Assembly: GCA_964247055.1 (NCBI GenBank)
Contig: OZ176060.1
Location: forward strand, 806,001-870,000
Length of the DNA stretch: 64,000 bases
From: Paragordius varius
Taxonomy: Eukaryota > Animalia > Nematomorpha
Reading direction: 5' to 3'
Both the position numbers and the translations under genes were made by a program. The notes below the pieces were generated by a model. It had not been told where the DNA came from. It searched no databases and saw only the letters and a program-made list of their open reading frames with translations. The stretch's first letter is position 1. Each line of letters opens with the position of its first letter. Below are positions 55,474-64,000 of this stretch, piece after piece.

Positions 55474-56001
55474 ATAAATTTATTTTTTTAAAAAATAATT
55501 TATTTTTTTTATTAAATTTAAATCCACAGCTGATATTTTTATAAAAATTTAAAGTTTTGTTAATTTTTATGTTTTTAATTAATTTTAATTTTTTAATATT
55601 TTATTTTTCACGAAATTTAAATATATTCATAAATATTAATTAATTATAAATATATATATATATATATTTATATATATATTTATATATTTATAAATTAGAA
55701 ATTAAATTATTTTTTTAAAAAATATTTTTTATTTTTTTTTAAAATATTTTAATTAGACCCATTTGGTGACATTAATTTTGATAAAGATACATCAGCTGAT
55801 AGCTATATTCGAATTTTTTTAAAATATTTAATTTTTGATAAAAATTTTTAATAATTTAATTAAATTTGATTTTTGAAATTTTTATAATAAATTTAATTAT
55901 ACAGCTGATATTTTTTTAAAATGAAAATTAATAAAAATTATATAAATTTAAATATTTTTTTTAAAAAATAATAATCAAATATATTCATAAATTAAAATAT
56001 T

Positions 56002-56036
<35 letters not shown>

Positions 56037-59000
56037 ATATATTTAAATAAAATTTAAAAAATTAATTTTTATTAATAAATTTATTCACAGCTGATTTTTT
56101 TTATAAAAATTAATATTAAAAATTATATATATATATATATTTAGTTTAATGAAAAAAAAATAAATTGTGAAAATTATATATTTTTAATTTTTTTTTTTAT
56201 AAAATAAAATTTAATAATGTTTAATTTTTATTTTTTTAAAATTATTTTTTATTTTAATTTTATTTTAGACCCATTTGGTGACATTAACATTGATAAAGAC
56301 ACATCAGCTGATAGCTATATTCATATTCGTATTCAACAAAGGAATGGTCGAAAAACTCTAACTACAGTTCAAGGCATAGCTCCCGAGTATGACCTTAAAG
56401 AAATTGTCAGAGCTTGTAAAAAAGTAAGTAAATACTTGAATTTATCGAGTTTTAACTTGAAAGAATGAAGTTTTTTTGATAATTTTTGAGTATAAATAAC
56501 GCTTAAACTCGAAAAATTGAAGTTTTTTGATAATTTTTAAGTAAATACTTGAAAAAATATGAGTAAAACTCGAAAAACACTAACTACAGTTCAAGGCATA
56601 GCTCCCGAGTATGACCTTAAAGAAATTGTCCGGGCTTGTAAAAAAGTAAGTAATTACTTGAAAAAATTAAGTTTTAAAGGTTTTAACTTGAAAAAATGGG
56701 TAAAAAAAAGAGTTTTTTTGAAAATTTGTGAGTATAAATAACGCTTAAACTTGAAAAAAAGCGAGTAAAACTCGAAAAATTAAAGGTTTTTTGATAATTT
56801 TTGAGTTTAATTTAAAGAAATTGTCAGTTGTAAAAAAGTAAGCAAATACTTGAAAAATTAAAGAAAATTTATAGTTTTTAAGTAAATACTTGAAAAAATT
56901 AAAGTTTTTGGTTGAAAAATGACCTTTTTTTGATAATTTTTAAGTAAATACTTGAAAAAATGAAAGTTTTTGGTTGAAAAATGACCTTTTTTTGTTAATT
57001 TTTGAGTACGACCTTCAAGAAATTGTCAGAGCTTGTAAAAAAGTAAGTAAATACTTGAAAAAATCAAGTTTTAACTTGAAAAAAATTGGTAAAAAAAGAG
57101 TTTTTGAGTAAATACTTGAAAAAATGAAAGAAAATTGAAGATTTTTGGTAAAAATAACTCTAAACTCGAAAAAATAATTCTTTAACTTAAAAAATTAGAG
57201 AAAACTTGAAAAATGGAGTATTTCTGAGATATTTTAAGTAAATACTTGAAAAAAAGCGAGTAAAACTCGAAAAAATGAAGTTTTTGATAATTTTCGAGTT
57301 TAAATTACCCCCGAGTATGATCTTAAAGAAATTGTTAGAGCTTGTAAAAAAGTAAGTTTAGACTTGAAAAAACCAAGTTTAGACTTGAAAAATGAATTTT
57401 TATCGTAAAAATTGAAGTTTTTAAGTAACTTGAAAAAATGAAGAAAATAGATAGTTTTTGAATAAAAATGAAAGTTTTTGAAAAAAATTTAAAAAATTTG
57501 ATAGTTTTTCAGTAAATACTTGATAAAAGCGAGAACTCGAAAAAATGAAGTTTTTTTGATAATTTTTGAGTAAATACTTGAAAAAATGAAAGTTTTCGGT
57601 TGAAAAACGACCTTTTTTGGTAAAAATTGAAGTTTTTTTGATATTTTTTGCGTATGACCTTAAAGAAATTGTCCGGGTTTGTAAAAAAGTAAGTAAATAC
57701 TTGAAAAAAACAAGTTTAGACTTGAAAAAAAGGTAAAAATGAGAGTTTTTTGAGTAAATACTTGAAAAAATGAAAGTTTTTGGTTGAAAAATGACTTTTT
57801 TTGATAATTTTTGAGATTAAACTCGAAAAAATAAGTCTAAACTCGAAAAAATTTGAGTTTTTAGGTAAAGAATGAGTTTTTAAGCAAAAACTTGAAAAAA
57901 ATGAATAACATGAAAAATTCATCTTGTAAAAATGTAAGTAAATACTTGAAAAATTTAAGTTTATACTCGAAAAATTAAAGAAAATTGATAGTTTTGAGGT
58001 AAAACCTTGAAAAAATGAAAGTTTTTGGTTGAAAAATTTTATTATTAGAAGTTTTTTTGATAATTTTTGAGATTAACTTAAAGAAATTCATAGCTTGTAA
58101 AAAAGTAAGTAAATACTTGAAAAAATGAAAGTTTTTGGTTGAAAAATTAAGAAAATTGATAATTTTGAGGTAAATACTTGAAAAAAAATGCGAGTATAAC
58201 TCGAAAAATTGAAGTAAAACTCTAAAAATTGAATTTGATAATTTTTGAGTTTATTAAAGAAATTGTCAGAGCTTATAAAAAAGTAAGTAAATACTTGAAA
58301 AAATCACACTCCTTAGTTTTTGAATAAAATTTTAAATAAAATATGTTTTTAGATTTTTTATTCAAATCATCTCCAATATAATTTTATATAGAAAACTGAA
58401 GAATCTAAGAATTTAATAAACCTAGTATCTGCGAATTTTTAAAATATTTAAAATCAGGTGATTTCGAACAAATTAATGTATAATATATAGAGTAACTTAA
58501 GATCTTTTAAAATTTTTTGATATTTTATTTCTTTTATACATTCATTGATCACCTGATTTTTTCTAGGAATTTGCCTGTAATGGAACTGTGATTGAACACC
58601 CCTTAGTTTTTAAATAAAATATATTTTTAAAAGACCTATTTGTAGTAGCCACATGATTTCTTACATTCATTCATTGATCACCTGATTTTTTACATGAATT
58701 ATATAGGAATTTGATTGTAATGGTACTGTGATTGAACACACCCCTTAGTTTTGAATAAAATTTTAACTAAAATATATTTTTAAAGACATTTTACTTTTTA
58801 GTATACATTCATTCATTAATCAGCTGATTTTTTAGGAATTTTAATGGAACTGTGATTGAACACCCCTTAGTTTTTGAATAAATTTTTATTTAAAATATGT
58901 TTTGACATATTTGTGGTAATCTTTTTATCATTCATTCATTGATCACCTGATTTTAGTTCAATTATCTAGGCTTTTACCTGTAATGGAACTGTGATTGAAC

Positions 59001-60049
59001 CCAGCCCTTAGTTTTTGTATAAAATTTAATATATGTTTTTTGATCAAATCACCTCCACACTAATTTTATATAGAATTTGAGAAATCAAGGAATTAAACTA
59101 AACCTAGTATCTGCGAATTTTAAAAATATTTAAAATCAGGTGATTTCGAACATAATAATGTATAGTATAAAGAGTAACTTAAGAAGATCTCTATAGTTTA
59201 TTACTCTTCTGTTTCATTCATTCATTGATCACCTGATTTTTTATTGAATTATATGTAGGAATTTGCCTGTAATGGAACTGTGATTGAACACCCTTAGTTT
59301 ATAAAAATTATTGTCGCATTTATATTGGTCTAAGAGAGTTAATAATTATATTATATTCTTAATCATATTATTTTATATACATTCATACATTGATCACCTG
59401 ATTTTTTGAATTTGCCTGTAATGGAACTGTGATTGAACACCCTTAAGTTTTTGAATAAAATTTTAACTAAAATATGTTATTAAAGACATATTTGTAGTTT
59501 TTTACTTTTTAGTTTTATACATTCATTCATTTATCAACTGATTTTTTGAAAACCTACTTGAGTTACTCTTTATATTATAAATGAATTTGTTTGAGATCAC
59601 CTGATTTAAAATTTATTAAGAATTCGCGGATACAAAGTGTAATTATTTTCTGAGATATCTCCAATTTTGATATGTAAAATTTATATAAAGTTAGTTTTTT
59701 ACTTTTTAGTTTTATACATTCATTCATTGATCACCTGATTTTTTCTAGGAATTTGCCTGTAATGGAACTGCGATTGAACACCCCTTAGCTTATATAAATA
59801 ATAGAATGTCGCATTTATATTGGTCTATGAGAGAGAAAAATATAATTATATTCATAATCACATGATTACATTCATTCATTGATCACCTGATTTATTATTT
59901 AGGAATTTGCCTGTAATGGAACTGTGATTGAACACCCCGAATTCGGTGAAGTCCTTCAACTCCAAGGCGATCAACGTAAGAATGTCAGCAGTTTCCTGGT
60001 TAAATCGGGAATAGCTAAACAGGAAGCACTTAAAATACACGGGTTTTAG
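53820..60049 (+). CDS. EIF1: Translation initiation factor eIF1 (SUI1), 110 aa; join(53820..53850, 56269..56423, 59903..60049)
   Basis: Reads MSSIQNFNTKDPFGDINIDKDTSADSYIHIRIQQRNGRKTLTTVQGIAPEYDLKEIVRACKKEFACNGTVIEHPEFGEVLQLQGDQRKNVSSFLVKSGIAKQEALKIHGF*. GT-AG introns, phases 1 and 0, at the positions I recall for vertebrate EIF1 introns 1 and 2. Confidence 0.96.
55293..55812 (+). repeat. Two echoes of the eIF1 intron-1 acceptor plus ~55 nt of exon 2
   Basis: ttagatccattaggtgacattaat...cagctgatagctatatt at 55293-55346 and ttagacccatttggtgacattaat...cagctgatagctatattc at 55753-55812. Confidence 0.92.
56269..56423 (+). CDS. EIF1: eIF1 exon 2
   Basis: ttttag acceptor and gtaagt donor at 56424; lies within ORF 56217..56468. 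Confidence 0.96.
56424..58300 (+). repeat. About 8 echoes of the eIF1 exon-2 end plus donor (~220-350 bp unit)
   Basis: ...aaagaaattgtc(a/c)g(a/g)gcttgtaaaaaagtaagtaaatacttg at ~56571-56660, 56815, 57005, 57310, 57650, 57920, 58078 and 58255. Confidence 0.93.
58300..59902 (+). repeat. Seven echoes of the eIF1 intron-2 acceptor plus the first 36 nt of exon 3
   Basis: cattcattgatcacctgattt...taggaatttgcctgtaatggaactgtgattgaacacccc-ttag at ~58565, 58705, 58834, 58966, 59256, 59408 and 59746. Confidence 0.94.
59903..60049 (+). CDS. EIF1: eIF1 exon 3 (EFACNG...KIHGF*)
   Basis: tttag acceptor (AG 59901-59902), 48 codons plus TAG; not in the ORF track. Confidence 0.96.
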   Translation, partial: EFACNGTVIEHPEFGEVLQLQGDQRKNVSSFLVKSGIAKQEALKIHGF

Positions 60050-60600
60050 CACACATTCATTAATCACCTGATTACCAACAGCTGTTTTTTACACCTCTTT
60101 AACAAACTTTTTAAAAACTTGCTTTTTTATTAAATCGGAAATAGATATGCCAGAAGCACTTAAAATACATGGATTTTAGTTGATGTTTATTCGTATACTA
60201 AAATCACCTGATGACCAACAGCTGTTATTACACCTATTTTTTCAACAAACTTTTGTAAAACTTACTTTTTGGGATTAATCGGGAATTGCTAAAAAGCACT
60301 TAAAATACACGGATTTTAGCATACATTCATTAATCACCTGATTACCAACAGCTGTTTTATACAATTTTTTTAACTAAAACTTTTGTAAAACTTCATTTTC
60401 CTGGTTAAATCGGGAATAGCTAAACAGGAAGTACTTAAAATACATGGATTTTAGTTAATGTTCACATTCATTTACACATTCAAAATCACCTGATTTAAAA
60501 CAGCTGTTATTACCTCTTTTTTCAACAATCTTTTGTAAAACTTACTTTTTGGGGTTAATCGGGAAATGCTAAGTTAGAAGTACTTAAAATACATGTTTAG
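60050..60600 (+). repeat. Four echoes of the eIF1 C-terminal codons, stop and 3' UTR start (~140 bp unit)
   Basis: aatcgggaatagctaaacaggaag(c/t)acttaaaatacatggattttag-like copies at ~60130, 60276, 60398 and 60555. Confidence 0.9.
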
Positions 60601-60748
60601 CACACATTAATTTATAAACTCAAGATCACCTGATTTTACTTTATTGCAATTATTTCAAATCCCGAATAACATTTCAAGCTCTAAAATACATACATGGCGT
60701 TTTAAAATCCACATATTTACATACTTAAGATCACCTGATTATTAATAG

Positions 60749-62385
60749 CAGCAGCTGTTTTAACTCAATTAATCAAATAGTCAAAACTTATTATCTTACC
60801 TACATTAATTCAAATTTTAACACAATTCTCCGTTAAACTCAAATTGCAATTTACGCATTCATTCATTCACTCAAGATCACCTGATTTTTTCATTACTTTT
60901 AGTTTTTTATCCTCTTTGGATAAAATATTTATTTTCGTTAACCACTAATCTATTAAAAGTTTTTGCACACTACATTCAAACTCACAATCATAAAATCACC
61001 TGGTTTTATAAAACTTAGTTTTTAAACATAAATTATGATAGCGCACATTCATTTATTAAACACCTGTTTTTGATTATCTTATAACCATGTTAGCGCTCAT
61101 TAATTCATTCGAATGATAAAACATATGATTAATGATAACTTTTATTTATTCATTAAACACCTGTTTTACTACTTTATATTATAACCATGTTTGCGCTAAT
61201 TTATCCAATCGAATGATAAAACATATGTTAATGATAACTTATTCATTCATAAAACACCTGTTTTAGCGATTACTTTAACCATGTTAGCACTCATTCATTC
61301 AGTCAGCTGATGATAAAACATATGATTAAGGATAATTTTTATATATGATTTACTAATAATCTAGCACGCATTAATTCACGATAATAATTTATAAATTTTT
61401 AGGTTAATTTCCAAAAAAAATTTTTTTTCTTTATTTTTATATTTATTTTTTTTATTTTTTATTCTATATTTTACTTTAATGATGAATTTTTTGGTTAATT
61501 ACTTAAATTTTGTATTTATCGCACATTCATTGATCAGCCGTTTAAAAACTATATATTTTTCAATACAAAAAATTAACTTTTAAAACACATCTTTTACGAA
61601 ACAACAGTAGCGTATGGTAAAAAACAAAAAATGGTGTAAATAAAACAATATATTTCCAATGATTTACCACATAATTTGCTTATTTAATTGAAATCAAAGT
61701 TTTTTTATACTTATACGCCACTGTAAATTTTGAAATTAACAACTATCTTTTTGCCATTAAAGTACACACATATATATATTTTTTAATGCTATATTGTAAT
61801 TATATTGATTTTTTTCTTTTATAAATACTATTTTGTATCTTAATTGACGCACTCGCATTATTATTTCTTATATGTAACTGGAATTTTATTTTTTATAAAT
61901 TATATATAAATATTTATTTCTAATAGTTTTTTCTGTTATAAATACTATTTTGTATATTAATTGACTCACTCGCATTATTATTTCTTATATGTAACTGAAA
62001 TTTTTTATTTTTATATAATATATAAATATTATAAGTTTTAATATTTAATTTTAATGAGTTTATATATATCATGAACATATGATTATGTGTACGTATGTAT
62101 GCCATTAATAAATAACATTTATTAATTTATTTGCTTTAATAATTTTTATTAAAAAAAATAAAATTATTAATTTGAAATTTTTAAATAATTATTTTTATTA
62201 TCCAGAAAAAATTTAATTTTATAATTATATAATTTTGTTTTAAAACTATTTTTTAACATTAAAAGTTTTTTCATATAATATTAAATAAATTTATTGTAAA
62301 AAATAATTTAATTAAATATAATAATGAAAGTTTTAATTTTAAAATTTCAAATAAATAGTTTTATATTGATTTTTTTTAAATTATA
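60749..62385 (+). repeat. Partner of the inverted duplication 45900-47334
   Basis: Same reverse-complement matches as listed for 45900-47334. Confidence 0.92.
61605..61723. mobile_element. Second copy of the 118 bp MITE-like element
   Basis: cagtagcgtatgg...tatacgccactg followed by TA. Confidence 0.45.
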
Positions 62386-62399
62386 AAATTTTTATTTAA

Positions 62400-64000
62400 A
62401 TTTTAAAAACACGAAGTCTTAATTATAATAAATAAATAAATTATTTTAAGTAAAATAGAAAATTACTAAATAATCTAATATTTTCAAAAATATTTAATAC
62501 ATTTTTTAAATTTAAAAGAAGAATTATCTAAAACAAAGAGGTCTCAAAAACTAAAATCAATTCTTGTTGAATAAATTATAAATGAATATTTCTTTTAAAA
62601 ATAAAATATTTAAATTTAAAAGAATAATTATCTAAAACTAAGAGATCTCGAAAATTTAAATCAATTCTTGTTGAAAAAATAATTTTTTTAAAAAAATTCA
62701 AAAATGCAAAACGTTTTGATTGATTGGGAAAAGGTTTTTATTAATTGGAAAATTACCAAATAATAGCTAATATGAAATTTCATAAATATTTATTCCATCT
62801 TTAAGAATTATTTATAAAACTCGAAAATAAAAATCTATTTCTTGTTAAATAAATAAATATTTTTTAAAAAATTCAAAAAAATCTATATATTATTAAATAA
62901 AAGCATTTTTATGACTAGACAATTACCAAATAATAGTTATTTTACAAAATATGAAAAATAAATTCCATCTTTAAGAAGAATTATTTTTTAAACTCAAAAA
63001 TAAAAAAGTTTTTTTTAAATTCAAAATTACCAAATAATAATTAATATGAAATTTCATAATTTTTCAAAATAAATTCCATTTTTAAGAAGAATTATTTATA
63101 AAACTCGAAAATTAAAAAGTTTTTTTGACTGAAAATTACCAAATAATAGTTAATATGAAATTTCATAATTTTCAAAATAAATTCCATTTTTAAGAAGAAT
63201 TATTTATAAAACTCGAAAATTAAAAAGGTTTTTTTGATTAATGAAAATTACCAAATAATAGTTAATATGAAATCTCACAAATTTTCAAAAATATTAATTC
63301 CATCTTTTAAATTTAAAAGAAGAATTATTTATAAAACTGAAAATAAAAAAGTTTTTTTGATTGGAAAATTACCAAATAATAGTTAATATGAAATTTTATA
63401 AACTTTTAAAAATATTTATTCCATCTTTTAAATTTAAAAGAAGAATTATTTAAAACAAAGAAATTTCAAAAACTAAAATCAATTCTTGTTAAATTAATAA
63501 TTTTTTCAAAAATAAATTTTTCTTTTAATAAATCTCAGAAGAATTATTTAAAATAAAGAGGTCTCGAAAACTAAAATCATTTTTTGTTAAATGAATATAT
63601 TTTTCTTTTAAAAATGCTCTTTTAAATGCAAAACGTTTTGATTGATTGGGAAAAAGTTTTTTTTTTGATTGGAAAATAATTAAATAATAGATATTTTTAA
63701 AATTTTTAAAATAAATTCCATTTTTAAGAATTATTTATAAAACTCGAAAATAAAAAGGTTTTTTTTAACTGGAAAATTACCAAATAATAGATATTTTACA
63801 AAATTTTAAAAATATTCCATCTTTAAGAAGAATTATTTAAAACAAAGAATTTCTAAAAATTAAAATCAATTCTTGTTAAATTCTTGTTAAATCAATAAAT
63901 TTTTTTAAAAAATCCAAAAATATTCTTTATAATGGTTAATAAAAGGTTTTTTTTAATAATAAAAAAAGTTTTTTTGACTGAAAAATTACCAAATAATAAC
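62400..64000. repeat. Degenerate ~100-190 bp tandem repeat running off the window end
   Basis: Recurrent attccatctttaagaagaattatttataaaactcgaaaa...ggaaaattaccaaataatagttaat units. Confidence 0.85.

Noticed and set aside
56559-56741. ORF with RKTLTTVQGIAPEYDLKEIVRACKK as a second eIF1 gene or mutually exclusive exon
   Set aside because: It lacks the 5' half of exon 2 and I see no phase-compatible acceptor that would restore eIF1; it is a donor echo (reported as a finding).
57716-62105. ORFs 57716..57922(-), 59876..60067(-) and 61920..62105(-)
   Set aside because: They are antisense to echoes or eIF1 exon 3, or lie within duplicated AT-rich flank; there is no coding signal.

Overview
This is eukaryotic (metazoan-type) genomic DNA with extremely AT-rich non-coding sequence (roughly 85-90% AT by eye) and small GC-richer exons. 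I cannot assign the organism. Three spliced genes can be reconstructed by hand: (1) the last two exons of an unidentified + strand gene (278-348, 1280-1340; ends ...MEPPPPYKILINK*); (2) ERp44 on the - strand (exons 16169-15978, 12945-12453 and 12290-11546, with a WCPFS motif and C-terminal RDEL; candidate signal-peptide exon 22536-22143); (3) a complete eIF1/SUI1 on the + strand (53820-53850, 56269-56423, 59903-60049; 110 aa). Nearly all other long ORFs in the track are artefacts of a ~17 kb satellite (24.6-41.7 kb) made of ~43 copies of a ~140 bp spacer separated by variable (TAA)n tracts. Three things stand out. (a) One short motif family, CAG-N-Y-GA(T) (CAGCTGAT, CAGGTGAT, CAGACGAT, CAGATGAT), saturates introns, flanks and even ERp44 coding exons, yet is absent around both putative promoters. 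(b) Four polar GCAGACGA arrays alternate in orientation and bracket the two clean satellites. (c) The large introns are built from tandem echoes of their own splice junctions, with donor echoes first and acceptor echoes last. No rRNA, tRNA, CRISPR array or transposase ORF was recognised. All counts are manual and approximate, and no database searches were run.
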